Shown in pieces: positions 1 through 13,342 of a stretch of 64,000 bases of DNA; position 1 is the first letter of the stretch, and each line of letters opens with the position of its first letter. The notes under the pieces are model-generated. The model saw only the letters and a program-made list of their open reading frames with translations, was not told the DNA's origin and searched no databases. The position numbers were made by a program, and so were the translations under genes. Origin of the DNA: Octopus vulgaris (lineage: Eukaryota); the NCBI GenBank assembly GCA_951406725.2, contig OX597819.1:98084001-98148000 (forward strand), read 5' to 3'.

Positions 1-180
1 ACCACCACCACCACCACACCAAACACAACAACAACCACACCAACAACAACATTATTACATTATTATTATATCATCATCATCATAACTACTTCTACTACCA
101 TCACTACCACCGCCACCACCACAACTTCTACTGCTGTTACTACAACTACTACTACTACTAATACAACAACAACAACAACA

Positions 181-229
<49 letters not shown>

Positions 230-245
230 TTACTACTACTACTAC
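1..245. repeat. Compound trinucleotide microsatellite (ACC/ACA/ATT/ATC/ACT)n
   Basis: Directly visible runs; explains ORFs 55..315 and 66..308. Confidence 0.95.
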
Positions 246-691
246 ATTTAGGAAAGACAATGAGACTACAAAAGGATGATCGGCTAGATGAAACGAAATG
301 CAGAACAAAAATCACAGATCAGGCACGTGTAAGATATAGAAAAGATATGACGAGTTTGTATGGTGATAATAAATGTTGATGAGTAGCTTTTCTTTTCTAA
401 ATGGTTTGGAAAGGAAGAGGTGAGTAAAGTGAGTTTAATTAACTGATCTAATATGATTCATAATCAACCAAATGTAGCCATTCATTACAACAAAAATAAG
501 CATTAAAAGAACGATTACGGCTGTTGAGGAAAACTAATTGATAAGGTTATAACTTAGAATGTCTCAGATTAATTTACAACCTCTAGTCTTGCAGTCTGTC
601 TGACTCTTTATCTGTCTGTCTGTTTGTTTGTCGCTCGCTTTTTCCTTCTCTCTACCCCTCTTTCTCTCTCTCTATATATGCATATATACTC

Positions 692-1097
692 TTTACTCTT
701 TACTCTTTTACTTGTTTCAGTCATTTGACTGCGGCCATGCTGGAGCACCGCCTTTAATCGAGCAACTCGACCCCGGAACTTATTCTATTGTAAGCCCAGT
801 ACTTATTCTATCGGTCTCTTTTTGCCGAACCGCTAAGTGACGGGGACACAAACACACCAGCATCTGTTGTCAAGCAATGCTATGGGGACAAACACAAACA
901 CACACACGCATACATATATATATATATACATATATACGACGGGCTTCTTTCAGTTTCCGTCTACCAAATCCACTCACAAGGCATTGGTCGGCCCGAGACT
1001 ATAGTAGAAGACACTTGCCCAAGGTGCCACACAGTGGGACTGAACCCGGAACCATGTGGTTGGTAGACAGGCTACTTACCACACAGCCACTCCTGCG

Positions 1098-1099
<2 letters not shown>
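692..1099 (-). mobile_element. tRNA-derived SINE family A (CORE-like, octopus OR-type), full length
   Basis: Minus strand reads GGCGCAGGAGTGGCTGTGTGGTAAG (A box) ... GGTTCAGTCCC (B box), CORE-like CCTTGGGCAAGTG, internal (TA/TG)n, 3' tail GACTGAAACAAGTAAAAGAG; near-identical to 60950-61352. Confidence 0.9.
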
Positions 1100-1152
<53 letters not shown>

Positions 1153-1301
1153 GTATGTATATTATATATATATATATATATATGATGTATGTATGTATGT
1201 ATGTATGTATCTATATATGAGTATATATACGCATGTATGGATATCTATGAATGTACGTAAATATATGTATTATATATACACACACACATATATATACATA
1301 T

Positions 1302-1407
<106 letters not shown>

Positions 1408-1627
1408 TGTATGCATTTATTATGTATGCATGTTCAGTTTTATTCCAAGATTTCATGCCAATAGAGAAAGAGCCGGTTTTTAATCTAGATTCAAGGCTCC
1501 TTCATTCGAATTTCAACATCAACAACAGGGTATTTCTGTATGTATGTGTACGTACGTACGTACGAATGTATGTATGCATGTATGTATGTATGTATGTATG
1601 TATGTATGTATGTATGTATGTATACGT

Positions 1628-3180
1628 GCAGATTTGTATGTTTTGTTTTATTTGTGTATTCTAATGCATATAGTTGCATATCTAGACATGCTCATATACA
1701 TTTAAATGATAAACTTCTGGAGAGCTTTACAGATCTTTACAGTTCCAGTTATGGATTGGATCTGTAGTCTTCGAACTAGCTACCTCTTTTCTGGTTTTGA
1801 GAAGCCTAATTTCTCAAGGTTGGTATTTAGGCAGTCTGTTACATATTTCAGGCCCCAATAATTACAGGTATAAATCTGAACTTGTAATCTAGATAGAGTA
1901 ACTGCAGATTTCTCAATGGTTCAGCGTAGGCATTCTCTTTTTCACTGACCTTCAGCTTTACGTTAATATCCGCTGGGCAGCTAATTTCCACAACTATACA
2001 CAGTTTCTCTTCTTTATCCCACATCATTATATCAGGTCTGTTGTGCATACATTTTATTGAGGTACTGGGGCATTCCACCAGTACTCCTTTTTAGTATGGC
2101 TTCTACCATACTGTGGATTCTTATTTTTTGTCCTCTACATTATCCTTCCGCTGGATTTCATTATATAGTGTCCTAGCTACAGCATCATGTCTTATCGGTA
2201 GATAATACCATAATGACATTTTTGCGCCACTGCTTACGATGTGTGTGATATTTTCACTGTGAACTCCACAAAGTCTTCATCGGTTGTCATATTTTACTAC
2301 TTTTCCTGCATCTCTATCCCTTTTGTGCATCAGGTACTTGGTTGACATTTCCTATTCCTGGATTGCAAACGCATACCCTTCAAAGGGTAGTAATCCGGCT
2401 ACTAGTCCATGATAAACTGCTTTCTACTGACATATCCTGTTTTCTACTAACATATCCATGTAACCTTCTACTAATATAGGCCCATCCTTTCATCTGATGC
2501 TACGTTGCGGTAGAGTCGTGCGACTTCTTTGGGCATGTATTCTAAGTTATCAGACAAAGATTGTTGCTCAAGGAGCTGCCTTCCAAGCCTTATGATGTTA
2601 TCATGTATGCAAACTTGGTCAAGGGATGCACTTCAACATTTGGTGGTTAAAAGATATTGCCGATGAGATATAATACGACATTCAAAGGCATTTTGGATCG
2701 ATGTTAACCCTCTGCCGCATTGTTTTCGTTTTAGGTAGCGGCGGTCTACGTCACTGTTTATGTGGAAATTACGTGTGCTTGTTACTGTTTTCCAGGTTTT
2801 CATATCAATAGCTCGGATCTCATCAAGCGTCCAATCAAGCAGCCCAAATGTTGGTATGAGTACTGGCAAACACATTGTGGGCCACTGTTTTATTGAATGT
2901 AGAGATTTCTGAGGTCCAAATTTTCTTTATTCGGCAGTAATACTCTTTAGTGACACGTGTTTTACTACAGGTTCCATTGTAAGATATGTTTTCAGTTACA
3001 GATACCATTGTAAGATATGAATGTATGTACGTACGTACGTACGTACGTACGTACGTACGTATGTATGTATGTATGTATGTATGTATGTATGTATGTATGT
3101 ATGTATGTATGTATGTATGTATGTATTGGTACAAGATCTTTTCCATAGGTGAAATCACCAGTCGCATAAGTTACACGAAA
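1628..3180 (-). mobile_element. R4/Dong-like non-LTR retrotransposon 3' fragment (RT C-terminus plus RLE endonuclease), degraded
   Basis: ORF pieces EYYCRIKKIWTSE..NKTVAHN, FGLLDWTLDEIRAIDMK, DVDRRYLKRKQCGRGL and HNRPDIMMWDK..VEISCP..EKENAY are typical of R4-clade RT and PD-(D/E)xK domains; (TATG)n arrays abut the 3' end and interrupt it at about 3020-3124. Confidence 0.8.
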
Positions 3181-3199
3181 TAACATTTATTAGAATATT

Positions 3200-3950
3200 G
3201 AAGCAATTATGACGTCTTCATTTCACATGCTTCTGTGACATTTATAATGAAACATTCTCATCTCTCTTTTATTATCTTCCTTTAGTCCAATGCCTGTTAT
3301 GTAGGATAACAAAGGTTTAGTTACAAACTTAGGATATCCCACCTCAACTGGAAGTAAAGTACATTGCTACAGTCGTGTCCCATACAGCTCCTGAAGTCCT
3401 ATTTTAAATATTTCCTTCCATGTGTCCATTCCATATAGCCTTTACAAGCAACAGCTAACTTAACAATGACATTTTTTTGTCAACTTGGCTCTCACCATAA
3501 TGTCGCAGTACTCTTTCCTTACTGCAATATATCTTGAGAACGCGAGTGCTTCCCCCAAATCTACTTGCAATTCCAATTGAAAAGTATGATATAGAAGTTT
3601 GGTTCTTATCATTGCTTTGTTTGAGCTTCTACATTGCTGTGAAAAGCCACACGATGCACCTTGACATCGAGCCTCTGCCAACAGCTGCTGGAGCATTATT
3701 ATTTTAGTGAACTAAAATGAATCTTCAGAACTTTGGTTATGCTTCCAGGAATATTCTCTTAATGGGTGATCTGCAACCGGTCGCAATATGTCCCAGCGAT
3801 ACAGTTTCCCTACAAATAGCAGTTAATAGTGTCATTCCATCCTGACCGTTTGAAATTGACTGGAGATGGACTCGTAGATTTGGCTGTCTTCTCTACAATA
3901 TGTCTACGATGTTGTCCATCTCTCAGCTGTCTTCTATGCTATCCAATGAC
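3200..3950 (-). mobile_element. Hero/NeSL-like RLE LINE 3' relic
   Basis: ORF 3460..3696 LQVDLGEALAFSRYIA..DIMV and downstream LLPVEVGYPKFV resemble the Hero-clade motifs WQLQVDL..LKFP..RPDI and PVEVGCRGF; many stops and frameshifts; boundaries approximate. Confidence 0.55.
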
Positions 3951-5789
3951 TACTGACTCCTTGACTCATTAACTCAGCTACTTTTGTCTTCATTTTTTTT
4001 CTTTTGCTGTGATATTCTCTAATACTCTATATATTAGCAGTATACTCTTATTCATTTCGTCTCACTTCCTCGGTTCGATACTGTTCCTATTTTCTCTTTC
4101 ATCTTCCATTGTGATCTCCACCACCTCATTACCTCACACCATTTGTTTTTCTCTCTATCAATGCTAATGGTCAAACAAATATTGGGGCCCACAGAATAAT
4201 GAGGTATCATGTGAAAGCGATTTAAATAATAGCTGGAAGATTAATGCAGCCCTATACAGTCCAAGGCCTGATATTTCGACGAAATCACTTCACGCTAAAA
4301 TAGTTATTCCAACAAGTACATTAAAAGCTAATATAAACGATAAACAAGGTGTATATAAGTAATGAATTTAAATATTGTTTACCTTATGAAACAAAAAGAT
4401 ACCTTATTCTTATTTGACATATTTGAACGAAGTCGTGATGATTTCATTCAAATATATCAAAATGGTTTTCAATAAATTTGCATTGATTATTCATTTCATA
4501 CATACATGCACGCACACGATCACGTATGCATGCTCATACACATAAATGTATGTATGTATGTATGTATGTATGTATGTATGTATGTATGTATGTATGTATG
4601 TATGTATGTATGTATGTATGTATGCAGTTTGAGGAGGGAGAACGGTCGGTTTAAATTACTCTATATATTAAACGATATCTTTTTTTCTTAACCTTCCGCC
4701 ATCGCTGGAGTTTCAACTCGATACAGTGAGACATTGAACTCAATATAGTCAATCTTATACCCTGACAGTATATGGTTAACTATATGGAAGGAATTTTTAA
4801 AATTAAAATAAAACAGTAACAATTAATTTTCGTACAATAGTTTCATGTTGTTTATATGTCAGTAACCGAGTGACTGCCTGGTTTACATATCAGTCTACCA
4901 CATAGTGATGCATTTCACTTTTAAACGAAAATAGTTTAATAAGAATAAACCTCCAATATAGAAAATAATAAACAAATCCGTCGATAAAAAGTCCGTTCGC
5001 GGAAAAGTATGTGAGGGAAACACTTATTAATGATATGTCCCAACACCCTGCTGGCCAATTCTAGTGGAATATAACGGGAGACAAGCCAATTGCTGGCAAT
5101 TTAGTACTACATTTTCATTTCTTTTATTCACGTTAAAAGAACCTCCTGAAATTGGAGTGGCCAAAAGTCTTCCTCAAAATGCAATATTGATAAAACAATT
5201 CACTGAACCTCCTCTCCAAAATCATTGTCACCAATGGCAGTTAGTTGCTGCCTCAATTCTGCCCCCACAAATCAACACACTTCTATTGATCATTTAACAT
5301 TAGGAGGTAGATACGGCAAAGATTCCTAATGGTCAGTTCATTGGTCCCTGGGAGTGGTCTCTGCTTGTACACATACACATGCATACACACTCACATATAT
5401 TCACATACGTACATGCACACACTCGCTCACACACACACACACACACAGTTGTTGATTAGTAGATAAACTAATTAAACTCCTTGCTCTAAAAGAGACACAC
5501 TTTTTCATTATAGTGTTAAGCATATTACATTTGTGTACACTCAAATCCGTAAGTGTTTGTGTGTGTACGTATGTAGATAAGTACGTATGTATACACACAC
5601 ACACACACTCAATTATATATATATATGTGTGTGTGTGTGCGTGTCTGTGTGTATTTACATACACTCATTCACATATGTATGTGTGTGGATGTATATATAA
5701 AGAGATAGATAATTAGATAAATACATAGATTTGTAGATGTATATATATATATGTAAATATATATATATATATATATATATATACAAACA

Positions 5790-5865
<76 letters not shown>

Positions 5866-6361
5866 CACGTCATTACAAGCATTTGTACACAATCACACGC
5901 AAACATACAGAGAGAGAGAGTAATAAGCATGTATATATATATATATATACATATGCCTCACACACACACCTCACACTCATACACCCACCCTCTCGTAAAT
6001 ATATGTATATATACATATAAATTGTGGCTGTTAATTGTGTGAGTTAAATGGACATTATAACGTAAATTAATCGTTGTACGAGAACAAATAGAGGACAGTT
6101 GTAGTCATATAATGATGGTGGACATTGTTGATAGACATTGGGGTATTCTATTCAGCGGGCAACTTCTAGAGCATGATACTGCTATTGTTGCTGCTGCTGC
6201 TGTTCTTGTTGTTACTGATGATGCTTACCTGATTCTACCTGTGTGAATCAGTCGATTAATTAAAAAGCTAAATTTTAACGAGACTGTCCAGTCGCTCCGA
6301 TGGTTTTTGTTCGTCATTTTTAAATTTGGCAGTTACTTTTAGTTTTTGTTGTTTGACACTA

Positions 6362-6385
6362 GCTGCTACTTCTGCTACTGCTGCT

Positions 6386-6416
<31 letters not shown>

Positions 6417-6476
6417 ACGACGACGATGATGATGATGATGATGATGTGATGGTGGTGGTGGTGGTGGTGGTGGTGG

Positions 6477-6518
<42 letters not shown>

Positions 6519-6545
6519 GGAGGAGGAGGAGGAGGAGGAGGAGTG
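6362..6545. repeat. Compound trinucleotide microsatellite (GCT)(GAT)(GGT)(GAT)(GAG)
   Basis: Directly visible. Confidence 0.95.
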
Positions 6546-6654
6546 AGTTGGTGAATGAGATGTCAATGCCAAAGTATTCAACTGGGTGGGTACGCTTGCA
6601 TTCAACTGGGTGGGTACGCCTGTGATTGCAGGCGTGACTCACGAGTAAAATTAT

Positions 6655-6693
<39 letters not shown>

Positions 6694-6837
6694 GTCATCG
6701 TCGTTGTCGTCATTATCAGTGCACGATAACTAAATTCAATAAAAAAAAATTATTAAACTACTTTAATATAATCCTCAACCTCGTCTTCTTTCTTGCCTCC
6801 TCCTTTCCTCTCATTATTTTTCTAATTAGTAACAACA

Positions 6838-6936
6838 AATTCTACATTAACAACATTAGCAACAACAGTGCGTGTGTGAGGATGGGTGTACATATACATA
6901 TACATACATGCATACATATATGCATACATACACACA

Positions 6937-7010
<74 letters not shown>

Positions 7011-7173
7011 ATTTTAAAATAGGATAAAATATTTATAAGAATTTATCAAGTAGTTAGTGTGAAAAACCTCATAATTCTACATTAACAACATTAGCAACAA
7101 CAGTGCGTGTGTGAGAATGGGTGTACATATACATATACATACATGCATACATATATGCATACATACACACACA

Positions 7174-7221
<48 letters not shown>

Positions 7222-7285
7222 ATTTTAAAATAGGATAAAATATTTATAAGAATTTATCAAGTAGTTAGCGTGAAAAACCTCATAA
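6838..7285. repeat. Tandem duplication, about 235-bp unit
   Basis: AATTCTACATTAACAACATTAGC...GTGAAAAACCTCATAA occurs twice (6838-7072, 7073-7285), differing mainly in (CA)n length. Confidence 0.9.
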
Positions 7286-7325
7286 GAGAAAAATCCACCA
7301 ATTTTTCTCTTAAATATATTTATTT

Positions 7326-7470
7326 ATATTATATAGAGGGCATTACTATACATAAATGCCACACGCTAGGAAGGACTCTTAAAGTAAAAACTACCAATTT
7401 GGTAGTTTTGACTTTAAGAGTCTCTCCTAGCGTGTGGCATTTATGTATGGTAATGCCCTCTATATAATAT
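7326..7470. repeat. Foldback palindrome with 72-bp arms
   Basis: Arms centred on 7398 with about 4 mismatches; TA-rich flanks. Confidence 0.95.
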
Positions 7471-7894
7471 ATATATATGTAAATTTTATTCTAGTATATA
7501 CGTGCAAATGTAGGTATATGGTCGTGCGGCTTTTGTGTGTGTGGGGGTATATATAAATATTTGTATGTATATGCTTAGGCCTACTGTACTGATAACAGCT
7601 GGATGTTTTTCCATAACATTTAGCTTGAAATCGTTCGATACACAGTTAACCGAAAGATCTTATTTATTATTCTTCATCTCTGCCCGTTTACAACCTGTGC
7701 CGGAGGAGTAGTCCGGTGGTTTTTAGAGTCATTTGGTACCTGGTAATCCGCTCTATTTAATATAACTATGTATTTAATTATAAATTTAGTATGTCTCTCT
7801 CTCTCTCTCTCTCTCTCTAACTGAAACATGTTATAATGTATATATAAAAATTAAAAATTGTATAATACAGCAGCATTTTCGAACTTCATTTTTT

Positions 7895-7933
<39 letters not shown>

Positions 7934-7936
<3 letters not shown>

Positions 7937-9136
7937 TGATACCTCGCAGTACAAGTTTAATTCGTTCCATGACCGAGCTTGTTTTACGATTTACTCGTTT
8001 TACAAATCAATTTTCTCCATTAAAATTAACTAAAATATAATTAATCCGTTCCAGTCCCGCAAAAACCACTCCAAAATATCTTTTTATGGGTTTTGAAACA
8101 GAAAAGGTGTAGTTACAAGTAAAATGACAATTTTAAAAAAAGGGAATGCAAAAGAAATATGTAAGCTGGTTTTATTAACCTTAAATACTGGACAATTTGT
8201 GCGCGAGGAAGACGATGGAATGGAGAGGAAGATTACTGCTTGGAAGGAGAATTTCCTTCCATTGAGACTTTAGGAAGAACAATTTCTGGCGTTTTATCTC
8301 TCACGTCGCTTAATTTAGGCTTCTGGGGCACTCTTTCTTCATTTTTTACATTTGCAGGTCGTTTCATTAGAAACATATCAAGAGAAGTCTGCTTTTTCCT
8401 GCATTTCAAAATGTTATGGAAATGCACCAGAACAGAGTCATTAAATATAGCAGCTGCACGACCTGCAGCTACTTTTTCAGGATGATATTTTTCTAGAAAT
8501 TCAGAAACATACTGCCACTTTGCCAACACTGCCTTTATGTCACTCGTAGAGATAGCATTCTCTGCTACTCCTTCCTCCTCCTCCGAGGAGCCAATCTCTT
8601 CCATCGCATCCAAATGCTGTTGCTCCTGAAGCTGCATGAGTTCATTTGTCGTCAGCATCTCTGAGTGTTCATCTTTTTTCTCCAGGAAGATGCAGATCAT
8701 CGACGTGCTTCGGTCGTATTGACGTGCTACGTCCACTACACGCACTCCTCTATTATATTTATCAATGATTTCCTTTTTCAGTTATATTGCTATCAGCTTT
8801 TTCTTCTTCTTCTCAGCACTATCCTTTGCACTGACCTTCTTAGGACCCATGGCTAACACAACTAATTATTATAAAATAATAGCAAAAAATGCACAAAACT
8901 AAACAAAATCACAAGAGAAAACTCTACAGGGATGTTGTCACAACGAGATTAACAAATGAACTGAGCGAGCGGACACTGCGCCTGTTGGGAGAGCGTGCCC
9001 GAGCTCGGCGCCGACTAGCGGTTGCTTGTATGAAACTCTCTCGTAATGTGTATTTCAAGACACAGATATGCAGGAGTCTGGGCTCGTACAGCAAATTACT
9101 CGTACAATGGTGCACTCGTACTGCGAGGTTCGACTG
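7934..9136 (-). mobile_element. Tigger/pogo (Tc1-mariner) internally deleted DNA transposon
   Basis: TIRs CAGTGATACCTCGCAGTAC / GTACTGCGAGGTTCGACTG with TA flanks; transposase relic inside. Confidence 0.9.
8233..8850 (-). pseudogene. Tigger transposase relic: N-terminal psq-HTH fused to C-terminus, DDE domain deleted
   Basis: MGPKKVSAKDSAEKKKKKLIAI*LKKEIIDKYNRGVRVVDVARQY (one stop) is in frame with ORF 8233..8745, which contains LTTNELMQL and KKQTSLDMFL. Confidence 0.8.
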
Positions 9137-9182
9137 TATATACATACATACATACATACATACATACATACATACATACATA

Positions 9183-9249
<67 letters not shown>

Positions 9250-9250
<1 letters not shown>

Positions 9251-9390
9251 TTCCTGATTATTTTGGCCGTACTAAAGAAGCAAACCTTTTGTAACAATTC
9301 TACTGGGCACTCTATTTCGATTTCCTTTATAGTCCTCTTGATGTCTTCTGATACTGTCCCCAAAGATCGAACAGTAATTGGCACTATTGT
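9250..9390 (-). mobile_element. R4/Dong-like LINE C-terminal fragment
   Basis: PITVRSLGTVS..VELLQKVCFFSTAKIIRK, the typical R4 ORF end. Confidence 0.7.
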
Positions 9391-9412
9391 ATATATACAT
9401 ATATATTTTTTT

Positions 9413-9555
9413 TAATCCTTTGGGATTTTCTAATCCAAACAGATCAGGTGCTAGAGCATAACAAGCCGGACCTAGTGGTGGTGAAGAAGGTGCACCACAT
9501 GTACTATGCAGCTGATATTGCGTGTCCCTTTGACCCACGAATATTGTAGAAAGGA
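9413..9555 (+). mobile_element. R4/Dong-like LINE endonuclease fragment, opposite orientation
   Basis: Translates as ILWDFLIQTDQVLEHNKPDLVVVKK then DIACPFDPRI; abuts (TTA)n. Confidence 0.7.
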
Positions 9556-9579
9556 TTATTATTATTATTGTTGTTGTTG

Positions 9580-9631
<52 letters not shown>

Positions 9632-9633
<2 letters not shown>

Positions 9634-9762
9634 CGCTGTGATCGACTTTGCTTTTCATCCTTTCGGGATCGATAAGTTAAGTACCAGTGAAACACTGGGG
9701 TCGATGTAATCGATTAGTTCCCTCTCCTCAAATTTCGGCCTTGTGCTTTTAGTAGAAAGGAT
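9632..9762 (+). mobile_element. SINE family B (tRNA-derived, Meta-domain-like), 3' part
   Basis: GACTTTGCTTTTCATCCTTTCGGGATCGATAAGTTAAGTACCAG core shared with other copies. Confidence 0.8.
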
Positions 9763-9769
9763 TATTATT

Positions 9770-9823
<54 letters not shown>

Positions 9824-9844
9824 ATTATTATTATTATTATTATT

Positions 9845-10065
9845 CAGTAGTTTTATTTTTATAGCGTGCTTTCACTTCACTACCGAGCGCAGCTCTGTGT
9901 GCCTTGGGTATGTGCTGTGATTTGTTGTGATGCTCTGATGGTTATTGTATGGAAAGTGTTCTGCGTAGGATGTGTGCAGTGCCTAGTAGTGCAATTTTCT
10001 GTATGTTATATGTGTTTGTAAGTCCTGGTGTTTTTGTTATGTTTTTGTTATGTTTTGTTATGTTA
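9845..10065 (-). mobile_element. R4/Dong-like LINE 3' end
   Basis: TPGLTNTYNIQKIALLGTAHILRRTLSIQ* plus 3' UTR, with (TTA)n on both sides. Confidence 0.8.
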
Positions 10066-10081
10066 TGTGTTATTATTATTA

Positions 10082-10139
<58 letters not shown>

Positions 10140-10499
10140 CATTATTATTATTATAGGTACAAGGCCTAAAATTTTGCAGAGGAGGGTGTTAGCTGATACC
10201 ATCTACCTCACAACTTTCTTCTATCGACCCAGGAGAGATAAAAGACAAAGTTGATCTCGGCGGAATTTGAACTCACCGTATAAAGGGTAGCGACTAAATA
10301 ATAATAATATTAATAATATTAATGATAATAAAATTCATTTGCTTGAAGTGTTACCAGTTTGATGTCGGTTGCATTTACTGCTCTATTGAATGTAGCTTAA
10401 TCAATGAAAGCGAGACCATACAAATACCTCATTATTTATAATTCAATTTCGCATTGATGTTGCCTTTATTGTAAGTCTATTAATCAGGTTATTGTAGTA

Positions 10500-10565
<66 letters not shown>

Positions 10566-10893
10566 TTGGTGTTGGTGGTGGTGTTGGTGGTGGTGGTTGG
10601 CAGTGGTGTTGGTAGTGTCGTTGGTTGTGGTGGTAGTGGTGGTGGCGGTGGTAGTGTAACAGAATCATTGTAGTAGTTGGTACTTACTAATTCATGCATT
10701 AGATCATGTCATCATACACTCAGTATAGCTTTGATGAAGATAGCATTCACAGAATCCCACGGAGATTTAGTCACTCGTTTGTTTCATAACTGTTGTATGC
10801 ACACACACACAATACTACATACATACAAATAGATAGATAGATATGCATATTTATGTATATGCATACATATATAAGAATGCATATATATATGCA

Positions 10894-10952
<59 letters not shown>

Positions 10953-10959
<7 letters not shown>

Positions 10960-11042
10960 GAACTTCAGGTTTCGCCTACCGACTTGTTCAACCTGGTTGA
11001 GCAAGCCACAAGCCGATAGGTGAAACCTTAAGTCCCCGTCAT
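10953..11042. repeat. Foldback cassette carrying hammerhead 3' halves
   Basis: Imperfect arms of about 33 bp; plus strand GAAA-CCTTAAG-TC, minus strand GAAA-CCTGAAG-TT; adjacent to (TA)n. Confidence 0.7.
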
Positions 11043-11089
11043 CTTGATCTATATACAATAGATGTTTGTGTGTTTGTGTGTGTGTGTGT

Positions 11090-11130
<41 letters not shown>

Positions 11131-11138
11131 TGTGCATA

Positions 11139-11246
<108 letters not shown>

Positions 11247-11764
11247 CAGACAGACACAACCTGCTTATTCATATATCTGATAACTCAATAACATACCCGA
11301 AGCATCATTAAAGAACTTTCTCATCCAGCCTGTGTTTAATACCTACAAAATATATTTCTGATGCTCAGGTGTAACAACTACTGATCAGAACTTGTGGTCA
11401 TACTGGACATAAGATCAGATCACGCCTCGGCCACTGCGTTGTGTCTCTGAGCATGATGCATAAATGTCTGCTTTTTCCAGGTTACCTGAATCTACTAAAA
11501 GTTCCAGTGTACTCTACGGTTGACTTGGGGTTGCGGTGGCATCCAAGACAATTACTTTAATAACAGCAAAACACAATGCTCTTTACTCTGACTTGAAACT
11601 GGGTATTTATTTTGGATTACAATATTTTACATTACTTCTTAGGGTTAGCTCTACAGATATTCCATAGAATATTAGATTATTAGTTAAGGTTATGTCTACA
11701 GATATGTCATCAGTACAATATTTCAGTGTTTGAACCAGGTAAGATCTTGACAATATATTGATTT

Positions 11765-11959
11765 CAATTTTTGGCACATGGCCAGGAATTTCGGGGGAGG
11801 GGCTAAGTCGATTACATCGAACCCAGTGTTCAACTGGTACTTCTTTTATCGACTCTGATAGGATGAAAGGCAGAGTCAAATTCGGCGGAACTTGAACTCA
11901 GAACTTAAAGACGGACGGAATGCCGATAGGCATTAATGATTCTGCCCGCTCGCCACCTT
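11765..11959 (-). mobile_element. SINE family B
   Basis: Reverse complement of the AAGGTGGCGAGC head, GAGTTCAA B box and TTTCATCC core. Confidence 0.8.
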
Positions 11960-12968
11960 AAATCTTGACAATATATTAATCAGATAAACATTTGTGAACT
12001 GATTCTAGATTTTGATTTCAGCGCATATTTGTAATTATTTAACTTTCTTAGTGGAACAAAACTCGCTTTCCTTTTTGAAGTCAGCATGGTGGCTAGCGCT
12101 GATCATAATATCAGGACTTTACAAATATCACACGAGTGCGTGGGATAATTTCACAATCAGTCCACTAGCACTCATCAACATATCAAGCGGGTTAACTTCG
12201 TAAAATGAGATATGTCCGTGTACCTTGAGGACCGATTACACCTAAACGAAACTTCAGAACTCGCCTCTCCTCACGATACCCTAACTTATCTTATTTTACA
12301 TATCTTATTAACTGTCTTTTACCGACAGAGATCCCTGCATTAGTTACTTCAAACTCTAGTGGTTTTTGTTTTGTTTTTTTTCTTGTCATCTCTTGTTTTA
12401 TTTATCATCTATTTCTCTATCAATGTTTTATAATAGGATATAGTATTTCAACGAACACCATCCTTATTTCAACCCCTTTTACAAGGGTAGCAAGTAAACC
12501 TCCCACGCCGATATCAAGTTTTACAGATAAACACCTATTTCTCATGCGACTCTCACATAGTTAGTTGGGGCTGGATGAACACACGATTTACAGGTAAGAC
12601 GTAACTATACTGGGGACACTAGAATATATAAATGTTGGCTAATTAGTTAAGATTGTCATGATGGATTGTTCAAGTAGGGCCCTATAGTTCATCATGCTTG
12701 ACACATTTAACGATGTTACATTGTGTTCGCACTAAACCATTAAGGGCTTCATTTACTTTTGCCCTTAGTATAGGTCAGGGCATTCGGTTGGCAATGATGA
12801 TGGTAGCATTTTTTGGTGGTGATGGTGGTGATGGTGGTGGATTAGTGGTGGCGGTAACGGTGATATCAATATTCAAAGTATTGCATACGTGTAATATGTT
12901 CTATTTTTTAATATTTGTTTATATATATACTTGTATGAACAACTGTGTGTGTACTTGTGTGTCTGTGT

Positions 12969-13038
<70 letters not shown>

Positions 13039-13342
13039 GAGTGAGGGAGAGAGAGAGAAAGAAAGAAATGAAAGAGTGGTCTACAGTATCAAACCATACT
13101 CGGAAAACGTTTCTCGATCCGGGTTGCGATGGTCCTAAACTGCAATATAGAGAAATCAACAAGTACGTCTGCATGAAACAGATATTGACAGAGCAGTGAA
13201 GGACGAATCAATATGAGTGCGGCTGTTTGTCATCTGTCCGAAGTAGTACATTGTATTTATGGTCAGCTCAGTAAACTCTCCGCAGTTCAGTCCAACTGGT
13301 TGTAAAAAAACACCTCATATCACATATAGAGTATTTAGAATA

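Noticed and set aside
4760-4800. CTGACAG-stem-GGAA motif
   Set aside because: Core mismatches and no helix I or III.
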